A stretch of DNA of 63,788 nt, filler included, from Peribolospora baueri (GCA_029717555.1; 5 parts of 5 records of this genome joined end to end with filler, not necessarily neighbours in it), one strand, 5' to 3'; shown: positions 52,680-63,160, counted from the whole stretch's first letter. Numbers and translations: made by a program. The notes: generated by a model from the sequence alone, not told the origin.

Positions 52680-54341
52680 ACGTCAAGATCGGGACATGTA
52701 CATCACGTCCCTCGCCGCCGCTTTTTTTCTTCCTTTCTGTCACCGCCTGATCGATCGCGCCTTGCCTCGTCTCTGGCCTCGTCACTCCTTGTCGTTTTTT
52801 TGTTCGTTTCTCTTCCAAGCCTCGACTCCTCTTCTTCCCCCTCCTCCTCCTCAACAACAACAACAACAACCCGCCACACGCTCCCTCCTCTCGTTTTCTA
52901 TATTTTTGTTCTGGTGTGCTTTCCTTCTTCCCCGTTCTCGTCCCGCGCGTCCCCTCTTCTTCACCTGCGTTATTGTTTAACAGATTTGCCGCCCCAGCCA
53001 AACTCCCTACGTGACAATGTCTTCAACCCGGATCGGCACCATAGCGGACGGGCACGGGCCACTCGGAGCTAGGTCCGACAGCCCGTTGTCGAGAGACGCG
53101 TCGTCGCCACCGATCGGTCATCGCCGGTTCCTCCCGTCGTGCGACACTGCTCCCCCGTCGCTTGCATATCAAAAACCTATTACTTTTTGCACACGTGGTC
53201 TTGATCGTTCTCCGTGTAGAGCATCTCGCCACAGGATGGGCACTTGTATCGCTTGAAGAGCCGAGTCTCTATCTGTCAGGTCGATTAAATTGAATTGAAG
53301 TAAGTCAGTTTTGAAGGCTAGCTGAAAAGAGACCAATTTCAACTCACGGCCGTGTAGATTGCGCTTAGCTGGCCTTCATAGCCATTGTCCTGGAGAATGA
53401 CGGGCGATTAAATGAGAAAGCGGATGTATAGATGGATGGAAGGAGTTTGGGTTACGTGGTTGTAAAGGAAGGATGTCGTGATCCTCGGCCTCATCCTGAT
53501 GACTACGCTGGGCGATGTCGGCCGTTAGAAGAGATACAGTGGGCGTGCTGCTCACCTCGTTACCCTTCTCAGCTTTCGTCGTGCTATGCTTGGTGAAGAA
53601 CATGCTGAAGATCCAACAGAAAGCTTTGGGCTTCAAAAATTGCTGGGAGAAGAGCGTTGGACGAGATGGAGGGGTGCGTAGCGGAGAGGTGTACTCTGCC
53701 ATTTATACCTTTTCCTCTCTCTCACAGCGACGTCTTTGTTCCCTCATCCTCTTCGTCACCAGCGACACTCTGCACAGCCTTGACAGAGAAATGGCGGAAA
53801 TGTGCCGATTGAAGCTCATACTTTTACCCATATGGACACTCGTATGTCTAACCTTGTTCCACAGGTTGTAACCCCTCTGCGTTGCTAACTGCGTTGCTAA
53901 CGCATGAAGGAGAGCCGGAGCGACACGCCTCGTAACACACGGCGGCCGAAGGGAGCGTTTCTGGCTGCAGTGCCAAAAAGGCTCTCAGCGGATCTAACGT
54001 GTGCTCGATTGTTCGTTTATTTGCAGATGAAAGCTCGATTCAGGCTTGCAAACGCCATCTGTTGTTCTGCATACCAGAAAGGGAGAAGGCGATCGTCGTC
54101 TATGTATGGCGCGTCGGAAGGATATTCAGGGAAGCAGGACTGGGCAAAGCTGTCAGCTATGAGCTGTCATTGATATTTGTGTAAATATTACGGCGACTTC
54201 CACTGTTACCTTACCTTTTATCTACAAGCTTGCAGGCTTTCACTAGGTTGAGGGCAAACCCTACTTCCATTGTTTTTCAACGTCAGCAGACACCACGCGC
54301 TCAGGTGACGCCAATATGAAAAACGTGGTTTGGCAGTCGAG

Positions 54342-54496
54342 CCGAAATATTAAATATTTAGTTTGACTCTGCACTAAGCGCCGTTCAGATTGAGTTTGGG
54401 GGGGGGCGTGACTCCATACGACCATCATCCTTTCTCTTCCCCACCGCTACCACCAGCACCACCAGCACCACCAGCACCACCAGCACCACCCTGCCT
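54342..54496 (+). repeat. Dispersed repeat copy B, directly upstream of the APH-like gene; includes (CACCACCAG)n
   Basis: Near-identical ~85-bp core with 42266-42407 in inverted orientation, followed by a GTAAGT donor at ~54506. Confidence 0.93.
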
Positions 54497-54614
54497 CGCT
54501 CCACCGTAAGTCTGCTACGTCCGTTTCATCACATCGCTCAATATATCCTCCTCGTACTATCTCGCCGCCTCTTTCCTCTTTTTGGTCTCCGTTCCACATA
54601 TAGACTTGTTCAGC

Positions 54615-55523
54615 ATGCCTTCCTCTCCGGAATCACTGCCTCGAGAACTTCCAAGTCGGAGCCCAACAACCGAGTCTAGTGGCACCTGGCCATCCGAACT
54701 GAGCCCCGGCGAGGAGGTTTACATAAACTTCAAGGCAAGGAGCGTTTCCCTTAAAGACGGTCAGATTTTACGAGTGCAGGATATAGTCCGCAGCGGAATC
54801 GCAGACCTTCACTTACAAAAACACGAAAACTACGCCGGAGCCGTACGATTCGTCAAAGCGAATACGACCATTCCCGTACCCGAGGTATACCGCCTTGGAA
54901 CAGTCGGTCCCTATGAATTTATGTACCTGGAGAAGATGGAAGGAACTCCTCTGCCGGATGACGACGACGCAGTCATCGACGACAACCTGGTGGCCCAAAT
55001 ACTAGCTTTTCGGGAGCAGCTACGGTCAATCAAGAGCGACGTGATCCGAGGCTTTGGACCGGACCAGAAGCTTGTTAACCCGCGGTTCACCAGGATGGAG
55101 TTTCCTCCGTCTCTAGAACCGTGTGGATCGGTTCTCGAGTACCTCATTCGCCGTCTTCGCGCCATCGAAAGACCGCACATCGAATCGCTGGATCGCCTGA
55201 TTTCCCATTTGGAATCGGGCGCCATTCAGATCGAGCCGTGCGACATCGTTCTCTGTCACGGCGACTTTTCGGCGTGCAACATTCTCGCCAAGGACGGCAA
55301 AGTGACCGCATTGTTGGACTGGGAATACGCTGGCTTCTACCCAGAGTATCGCGAAGACTATTACGACAACAAGAACGAGCCTCTGCATTACTTGGTATAT
55401 AGCGACGCTTGGATGGACAAGTTTCCGACCATAGCCAAGATTGAAAAATGCATCGCGATGTCAGGCTATTCGAAGAAAAAGGGACATTTGTCCGAGTTCA
55501 TAGAGTCTAATTTCGTCCTCTGA
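54615..55523 (+). CDS. APH/choline-kinase-like phosphotransferase (fungal protein-kinase-like family), intronless CDS
   Basis: TTIPVPEVY, YLEKMEG, catalytic HGDFSACNIL and metal-binding LLDWEYAGFYPEY; ATG at 54615 after a probable 5'UTR intron (~54506-54603). Confidence 0.88.
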   Translation: MPSSPESLPRELPSRSPTTESSGTWPSELSPGEEVYINFKARSVSLKDGQILRVQDIVRSGIADLHLQKHENYAGAVRFVKANTTIPVPEVYRLGTVGPYEFMYLEKMEGTPLPDDDDAVIDDNLVAQILAFREQLRSIKSDVIRGFGPDQKLVNPRFTRMEFPPSLEPCGSVLEYLIRRLRAIERPHIESLDRLISHLESGAIQIEPCDIVLCHGDFSACNILAKDGKVTALLDWEYAGFYPEYREDYYDNKNEPLHYLVYSDAWMDKFPTIAKIEKCIAMSGYSKKKGHLSEFIESNFVL

Positions 55524-55598
55524 TCCGTCCTTCCGTCTTAGGGCCGAGATAGTCGGCATGTACTTCAGTATTAATAGCTGATGCCAACGCCAGGAATC

Positions 55599-55698
55599 NN
55601 NNNNNNNNNNNNNNNNNNNNNNNNNNNNNNNNNNNNNNNNNNTTAATTAATTAANNNNNNNNNNNNNNNNNNNNNNNNNNNNNNNNNNNNNNNNNNNN
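55599..55698. other. Artificial contig spacer
   Basis: N44-TTAATTAATTAA-N44. Confidence 0.99.
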
Positions 55699-56066
55699 CC
55701 CGCAATGGTATTGGCAATCGTAGATTTGCCGGAGCCAGCGAGTCCGGTGATCCAAAAGACTTGGCTGCCCTGGAGATCCCGAGTCCAGTTCCGGACTTGT
55801 TCCACGATTTCGGTTCGCGTGCCCGAGAGACACGACCGGCCCGGATCGTACTCGGCTAGCTCGGCACGAGGGAGGTGCTCCAGCAATTCTGCCCATTCTG
55901 TTCGGGGAGCATAAAGTCAGGATTACAATAATTGAGTAGGAACTAAGCAAGTTCTCGAGGAGACTGTGCCATGCGCAGACAGAATACACGAACCCTTCTC
56001 TTGGTCCTCGCGTCGATGCTCGGATATTCCGGCAGCAATCTCCCGGGCGGCAGCAGCGCTCTCCAT
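55699..56066 (-). CDS. Fungal NACHT-domain NLR (HET-E-like), partial; exons 56066-55994 and 55897-<55699
   Basis: MESAAAAREIAAGISEHRREDQEK / EWAELLEHLPRA...CLSGTRTEIVEQVRNW...VFWITGLAGSGKSTIANTIA (NACHT Walker A context); in-frame GT-AG intron with CTGAC branch site. Confidence 0.85.
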
Positions 56067-56075
56067 GTTGACAGC

Positions 56076-56339
56076 GGACAGGGACGAGGACAGGAACGAG
56101 GATGGGGCGGAGGCTGGGACATAGGTGCTGATGCTGGTCGGGGAACTCTGGAGGAAACCTGAGTGGTGACAAAAGTATTCTTAGCTTGGGGAGGAAAGAT
56201 GTGACGCCCTGTCGGGCTCTCTTTATATACACGATCATGAACCGGTGCAGCGCCGCAGCTCCTATGTTCCAGCCTTGCAACACCGCAGCTCCTATGTCTG
56301 AGTCTATGAGCACGAGGTTCTGAGCGGAGGTTTGTGACA
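56076..56339 (-). mobile_element. Solo or partial LTR of the same chromovirus family as 61491-61857
   Basis: Starts TGTCACAAACCTCCGCTCAGAACCTCGTGCTCATAG, aligns along its length with 61491-61857, and contains TATATAAA. Confidence 0.9.
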
Positions 56340-56978
56340 AGGGGCCGGCGGAGGCCGGAAACGGTGGCCGAGGCGTGCGGATTGGCGCCGCTGGGCGGGG
56401 AAGGGGGGTAGTGACGGGCTCGGACATGGCTTCGAAGGAAGGCGGTCAATAGAAGCGCGAGCGTGTGCGATGTCGAGTGGAGGGGGACGGGGATGGTGGT
56501 TATCGTGGTAGCAAGGCGAATGGACGTCAGTCAGGGTAGGGTGTGTGTGCCGCCCGACGTCCGGGGAAATCCGATCGATGAGGAAGGAAAGAGGACATTT
56601 AAATTAGCGTGCTTCCTTTGGCTTTTCCTCTCCGTCCTTTCCTCCGCATCGCTTCCGTTCGGAGTTTGTCCCCCTGCACAGCTGACCGACCGGCAGGCCG
56701 TAGGACACACCGAGACGACGGCGGGCGCTATAAAAACAACATCGCTCAACCTCGCCTGTCTGCCTCTCCATCTCTCCCTCCTCCGCCGAGCAACCCCACG
56801 ACCCAGTCGGCGACTTTGACCGACCAACCGCGTCGCCTTCAGAGCTCGATTCGTGTCGTCCGTGATCGGCCCTCGGTCCCGATCAGATAAGATCCCCGAT
56901 CCGATCTGGCGGATCGGATCGCCACCAGCCAGCTTTCTGCATCCGTTTCCTCCTCTGCCTCGTGAAGCGCCCACGACC

Positions 56979-58146
56979 ATAGACGGGCCCCAAGAAACAC
57001 GACGCACGACGCTCGTCTGTGAGTCCCTACTCTCCGTCGTTCCACTCGCAGTCCGCCGCTGCTCATGGGTTGACACACCCAACTCGTTGCGTCGCTTTTC
57101 CATCGTCGCCTCTCCCCAGGCCCGGACGTTCATTGTCCGTCGTGCGTCGCACACATCGAGGACCTCATCTCCTCGCTCCCCCTCTCCTCCGCCATCTCTC
57201 ATGTCGCCGTCTCCTACGCCGACCAGACCATCACCTTCGTGCACCCCGTCGCCCCCAACTCGTCTTCCGATCCAAGTTCCCGCAAGAAGACGTTCCGATC
57301 CGCCGGAAAAGAGGACGACAAATCCCATCGCTCGACAGATCGTGCGCGCTCTCCAGCATGGTGGCTACTCCATCGAAAGCGCCGACCCCGAAGGCGGTCT
57401 GACCGCCGTCTCCGCGAGCCCGGAAACGTCTCCGCCGAGCACCTCGGCTGCACAAAAAGGACTCTTCTCCACGTTCGTCGGTCGCATCGCAGGTTCCGTC
57501 TCGCCCAAGCGCCGAGAGGCTCGCGGCCGCGAGGCGCGCCATCGTCTCGCTTGCACCTTGTGTCGCCAAGGCCTCGACGACCACGGATCACAGGCAGAGG
57601 CCATTGCAGGCGACGACCTTGAGGCCTCTGCTCGCGCCTGCGTCGCCACTTTGGACGTCGACGGCGCCCGCGATGTGAAAACCCCCTCGGTGGATAAGGA
57701 CAGGTCGGACGTGGAAGGAGAGGCGACAGCGAATGGAGACGCCACCGTTGCGTTCGGGCCTTGGGTGGTAGACTTTGCCGTGGAGGGAATGAGTGAGCCG
57801 TGGGCGTCGAACCGACTTCGTCCTCATCTCACCTTCCCTTTCGCCACAGCGGGCGCTCGCTCACCGTCGGTCGCGTGGTGTCGCCCCTTCGTTAGCTCGC
57901 GCCTCTTGCGCGTCCGCCATCACGTCTTCCATCCAGTCTCTTCCCTCCAGCTCCAGCGTCGGCGACTTTTCCGTCAACCTGCTGGCCAACTCGGCTCGCG
58001 CCATCATCGCGGACACCGCCGCCATCGAACATGTCCGGCAGGCGGTTGAGGACGCAGGCTACGGCGCAAAAGTCTTCCGCAAGGAAAGGGAGCGCATCGC
58101 CGTTCGCGCCCGTGATCCAAAGCCCAGCTGGTACAGCTGGTACTAG
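56979..58146 (+). pseudogene. Decayed N-terminal fragment of a heavy-metal (Cu) P1B-ATPase-like gene with two HMA domains
   Basis: TTLV-CPDVHCPSCVAHIEDLI...ITFVH; 1-nt frameshift near 57325; VDFAVEGM-TRASCASAI...SVNLLANSA...AVEDAGYGA; stop at 58146 with no TM or ATPase domains; apparent start is ATA. Confidence 0.75.
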
Positions 58147-58392
58147 GTCGGCCTCTCCGTCGGCGGAATGAGTGAGTACGGTCGATCGGTCTTCTGGCCA
58201 CGAAGCGCTTCAAGCACGTGACAGGCGTTGGTAAGCCCACCGCTTGCGACCGCGTTTCTCCGCCTTCCACCAGGAGGGCTGGACAGCAACCGCCATGTTT
58301 CTCGATATCTCAATCATAACGGTAATGGAAGGGCGGTGACGTGGCGGGTGTTTCTCGTTATTTCAACCATATTGGCAATGGCCGCGCTGACG

Positions 58393-58455
58393 TCGGCCGA
58401 ATGCTATCTGCTTTCGGCCGAATGCTGCCGGCCGATAGCATTCGGCCGAATGCTA
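58393..58455. promoter_or_regulatory. Three TCGGCCGAATGCT repeats including a perfect 20-bp palindrome upstream of the NmrA-like gene
   Basis: Copies at 58393, 58414 and 58442; TAGCATTCGGCCGAATGCTA at 58436-58455. Confidence 0.55.
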
Positions 58456-58619
58456 ATTAATTCCAGCGTAGCCCTGATGGCTCGAGGTCAACTACAAGAA
58501 GACGCTAGATCCCACAGATGCGACGGCAAACCTACACCCCAACCACCACCATCACAGCTTCCGCCTCTTTTCATTCGGAGTAACATAGAATTTCTCAACT
58601 CTTACCCACGCCCGTCCCT

Positions 58620-59555
58620 ATGAGCAAACTTCTCGTCGTATTCGGTGCTACGGGCCAGCAGGGCGGGTCTGTCGTTGACTACGTCTTGAACGATCCGGAG
58701 CTGTCGAAGCAGTACAAAGTCCGCGGCGTCACGCGCGACCCATCCAAACCGGCGGCCCTGGTCCTCCAGCAGAAGGGCGTCGAGGTCGTCAAGGGCGACA
58801 TGGACGACAAAGAGTCCATCAAGCAAGCCGTGCATGGCGCACATACGGTGTTCTCGGTAACGAACACGGTCTATGAGCCTCTATCGAAGCAAAAGGAAAT
58901 CAACCAGGGCAAGACCGTGGCGGACGCCGCGGTGGCCGCGGGCGCGCAGTACTTGATCTGGAGCACATTGCCGCACGTCGGCAAGCTTTCTGGAGGCAAG
59001 CTACAGCGGGTTTCACACTTTGACGCAAAGGCTGACGTGGAGGAGTACATCCGCGGCCTCTCGATCAAGAGCGCCTTCTTCGCGGCAGGGTCATTTATGC
59101 AGAACTTCCGGGGCATGCTGGCCCCGCGGCCCGTCGGCGATGGCACCTACGTGATCACCAACATTGTCAAATCGGAAACGCAGCTGCCGCTTATTGACGT
59201 TGTCGGCGACACCGGCAAGTTTGTTGGCGCCATCCTCGCGGAGGCGGACAAGTACGCCGGCAAGGTCTTTTCGGCCGCCGTCAAGCTTTACTCGTTCGAC
59301 GAGATCGCCCAGACGCTGAGCACGGCGACGGGTAAGACGGTCAAGTACAGAGAGGTGCCCGATGACACCTTTCGCGGGTTCTTGTCGCCCCAGTTCGCCG
59401 ACGAGTTGGTCGAGATGCTGCAGCACTTCCGCGATTATGGCTACTACGGCCCCCAGCAGAAGGAGCTCGTCGAGTGGACCGCGCAGCAGGCCCGCGGCAA
59501 GCTGACCACCTTGGGAGAGTATTTCGGGAAGAACCCGTTGAGCTTGGAGGGATGA
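58620..59555 (+). CDS. NmrA-like (atypical SDR, NAD(P)-binding) protein, intronless
   Basis: MSKLLVVFGATGQQGGSVV, VRGVTRDPSK, HFDAKADVEEYIR, FMQNF, DTGKFVGAIL. Confidence 0.93.
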   Translation: MSKLLVVFGATGQQGGSVVDYVLNDPELSKQYKVRGVTRDPSKPAALVLQQKGVEVVKGDMDDKESIKQAVHGAHTVFSVTNTVYEPLSKQKEINQGKTVADAAVAAGAQYLIWSTLPHVGKLSGGKLQRVSHFDAKADVEEYIRGLSIKSAFFAAGSFMQNFRGMLAPRPVGDGTYVITNIVKSETQLPLIDVVGDTGKFVGAILAEADKYAGKVFSAAVKLYSFDEIAQTLSTATGKTVKYREVPDDTFRGFLSPQFADELVEMLQHFRDYGYYGPQQKELVEWTAQQARGKLTTLGEYFGKNPLSLEG

Positions 59556-61019
59556 GGGACGTGAACACAGGGAAGACGCGGCTAATGACATGGTTCGAGG
59601 GAAGGACGGATGGCGTAGCCGCATTAGTGCATGCCGTGCTGGTTGCGCTTTTTCGTATAAATTCTATACAACGGGGCAGGACGTGGTTTGCGAGAACGAC
59701 CGTGTTACTCCAGGGTATGCCTTGGGACATCGACAGGATTACGCTGACAGAAACGAAAGCGGTGATAGTTCTGGCCTCCTTTTCGGGAGGATTCGCGGTG
59801 GAGGAGGTAGGGCGTGGGGAATACACGGACAGGCACGCAGAAGAGGGTCACCACACGGAAAGTCTCACTTAACCCAACCAAGAGAAGAGCAAACCAGTGG
59901 CCGCGTTTAGCCTTGTGACAGCCGGCGATGCGCCGCGGGTTAGAGAGGGCCACTGTACCCAGCGGGCGGAGTACGGGAGGCCGCACTGCGACAGCATCCC
60001 GAGCGCGGGCGTGGGGACCGTCCAAAAGGAACGTGTCAAGTGGTGGCAAAGTTTGGGACTGAGTGATGCTGGATTACTGCAAGTCTCTGTCCACTACTTT
60101 CTTCTGTGCTCAGGTTGTAGCAGGGCAAGGATTGGACGGAAGGTAGGGCTGGAGGACTAGAATGTTTTGGACTGGAGTGCTGGGGGGTTAGATGCCAGGC
60201 GTCAACCTTGACATGGTACTGAAGAACTGAGCGGTATGAGGATTGAAAAAGAAGCATGAGAAGCAAGAGCGAGAGTGGAAAAAGACTTCCCCTAGCGGCC
60301 GGGCCAAGCCTACGAGAGCGCAGTGCGGATGCGACTTGTATTCAGTAATGACTAATGGCGCTTGCTGGAGAACTGATCCTCATCTACTCTCTCTCTCTCG
60401 ATTTTCACAGTCGTTGGGACGCTGTTTCCGTCAAATTCAGGCGTCAGCACGATTACTTCGAGACCTAACGGGGAGAGACAAAGCAGGGCACCTACGAGCA
60501 GGATCGCACAGCGGGCGTGCGGAAAAGGCAAAATCGCCCGCGATAGGCATCTAGCAGAAGCAGATGTAAGTTCCCGCACGCGGCTCTATTAACGGACGCA
60601 CTTCTCTACTTCCATCGGCGCGGCCTTACGTATTTCTTGCCTAGAGCCGTGGTACCGATGAGCACGCCGGGCTGCGTCGGGCGATGCCACGTCTCGGCAG
60701 CAAGACGCCATAATGAGCGCGCTTGTTGAATTTCCACTTTCCCTTCGAGGATTATGGATGCATCCTTGACAGCGCTTCAAAGCTCTCTGCGCATGGCTAT
60801 AGGGGTAATTGCGATTTACGGACCTGTCCGGCGATCTTCAATCACCCGCAAGAATGCCGGCACCCACTTCACATCTCCGTCTTCCTGGCAGTTTTGACTC
60901 TTCGTCCCGCCGGGCATACTCAACTCCAGTGACCTCCAATCGTAGTTTCAGCAGCCTTTCTCTAGTTATAACGAGCAGCACAAGAGGGGTCGATATCGAG
61001 GGTACCGGTCCAAGCGAAC

Positions 61020-61857
61020 AGCTGGCTCATGCGGCGTCATATCTCGACGGCAAGACCCAGCAGCAAGCTGGATGCCAAGCGCCTGGGCCCCTTCACCATT
61101 GACAGGAAGATCTCAAGTTCGGCCTTTAAGCTCAACCTTCCTGCCTCCGTGAAGGTACATCCCGTCTTCCATGTCTCGCTTCTGGAGCCGTTCGTCCCAA
61201 ACACTCTGTCCTCTCGCCCCTCTGCCTCACCCCCACCTCCCGTCATCACCGAGGCGGGGCAAGAAGAGTATGAGGTTGCCAAGATACTCGATTCGCGTTT
61301 CTTCCGCCGCAAGCTGAAATACCTTGTCGACTGGGTCGGATACGGTCCTGAGGAGCGCTCCTGGGTGGATGCGCGTGACTTTGATGACGACGACAGCCTT
61401 GTGGTTGACTTTCACACGGTTACCCCCAGAAGCCAGGCCAACGACGTCTCAACCGCGCTCGCGGAGCTCACGCTTAGCCCCGGGGATTACTGTCACAAAC
61501 CTCCGCTCAGAACCTCGTGCTCATAGGCTCGGACAAAGGAGCTGTGACGTTGCGAGGTTAGAACAAAGGAGCTGTGACGTTGCGAGGTTAGAACAAAGGA
61601 GCTGTGGCGTTGCAAGGTTAGAACATAGGAGCTGTGGCGTTGCGAGGTTAGAACATAGGAGCTACGGTGCAGCACCGGTTCATGAACGTGTATATAAAGA
61701 GAACCGGACAGGGCGTCCGCATCTTTCCTCCCCAAGCTAAGAATACTTTTGTCACCGCTCAGGTTTCCTCCAGAGTTCCCCGTCCAGCATCAGCACCTCT
61801 GTCCCAGCCTCCACCCCATCCTCGTTCCTGTCCTCGTCCCTGTCCTCGTCCCTGTCC
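61020..61857 (+). mobile_element. 5'-truncated Ty3/Gypsy chromovirus relic: integrase C-terminus, chromodomain, PPT-like tract and 3' LTR (61491-~61857)
   Basis: [21 protein letters not shown], chromodomain [12 protein letters not shown]...[15 protein letters not shown]; frameshift near 61418 before YPQKPG...TAG (61475-61477); GGGGATTAC then TGTCAC LTR start. Confidence 0.93.
61531..61670 (+). repeat. 30-bp tandem repeat (4 full copies plus a partial) in the LTR
   Basis: GAACA(A/T)AGGAGCTGTG(A/G)CGTTGCGAGGTTA units. Confidence 0.95.
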
Positions 61858-62617
61858 CCGACTTGCCTGCTCCTTGCTTTGCGTCAACTTCCGGTGGACC
61901 TCCATTCCGTCCTCCGTCCCTCGCTCGTGATCCGACCTAAATATGGAAGTCCTCCCTGACACGTTCTCGTCTCATCAACCCGGATCGGCCGTTGGGAAGA
62001 GCGGGCGGAGTTGGAGAAGCGCGTGGGCGTGTAAGTCGCTGAGGTGGGAGGGACTGCAAGAGAAGAGGCGCGTTCAGTGGTTGAGAGCATGCTAGTGGTG
62101 GCACGGTATTCGCTCGTCTATGGAAATATGGAGAATGTGTGTCGACAAGGAACATTTCGCTCCGGTCGTCAGCGTCGTCGTCCTTGACGTTCCTCTGTCT
62201 GATCGAGCCTTGCTCAACTAGACCGTGTTTCTCGAGGTTCATGTGGTTGCTGCAGCACACTCCTCTATCAGTCGCAGTTCTTATCTAGTGCCGAAGACAC
62301 AGCTCGAAATCGTTCAGGTTTTTTTGCGTTCGTCGTGCTCGCCGTGAATTTGGCGCTGGTTGGCTCCGCCATCGGCTTTCGCGCTGGACATCGGTCCAGT
62401 TGACTTTACACTCGCACGCTACCGCACCAAAGCTCGATCTGGGCGGCCGATTAAGGCCAAAAAAAAGTTTATAAGTAGACAGGGTGAAGCGGTATCGACA
62501 AGTGTTAAAATACAGGAGCGTTGTTGAAGGGCGACCGACGAAGGAACCATTAGACGACGACATCACGGCCAGAGCTGTCAGAACGCCGCCGTCGGTTCGA
62601 GCCTCCCTTTCCAATCA

Positions 62618-63160
62618 TTAAGCCTTCGCACTGATCGCCTTTGGGAGTATTTCAAGCGCCATTGTTCTGATCCGCAGGATCACAAAAACCGGCGGCGTCC
62701 AGCCGAAAAGCTGACCAAAGCCTTCACGTTTGCCGAAGAGGAGGAGCATGGTCGTGGCGCTCGCAGGTTTATATTCCGCTGTTGCGCCGCGGCCGAGGAT
62801 GAGGGAACCAATTTTGTTGGCCACCACCTTGGCATGGTTGGCGATAGGAATAGCCGCCTTTGCTGTGAGAGCGAAATGGACGACACGGAGACATGTGATC
62901 AACGGTGACGAGAGTAAGAAGGGCGCACAGGGAGGAAACGGGAAATGCAAATGGAAGCACTCACTTTCATCAGTGCTGGTCATGTCTCCCACGACAAAGA
63001 TGCGGTCGTATTTCTCGCTTTGCAGAGTTGGGCGCACCTTCGCACTTCCGTTGGCATTGAGCATGTTCCGCTCGAACTTTTCTAAGAGTGCGTTGTTCGG
63101 CACCGCCCCTCCTCGGCTTACCAGTACGTAATCCGCCTCCACATCCTCACCATTGCTCAA
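62618..63160 (-). pseudogene. C-terminal fragment of an AIF/AMID-like FAD-dependent pyridine-nucleotide oxidoreductase
   Basis: SNGEDVEADYV...VKVRPTLQ-like AKVRPTLQ...IFVVGD, intron, KAA...HAKVVANKI...YKP...GFGQL. No N-terminal GxGxxG region fits in the ~380 bp before MAP1. Confidence 0.65.

Noticed and set aside
28768..58146. Copper-handling island linking the His-rich peptide gene and the HMA fragment
   Set aside because: They lie on different contigs joined artificially
59600..61000. Further gene or upstream pol sequence before the chromovirus fragment
   Set aside because: No RT, RNase H or integrase-core motifs and no credible ORF recognised
61531..61670. CRISPR-like array
   Set aside because: Contiguous 30-bp units with no unique spacers, inside an LTR in a eukaryote, and no cas genes
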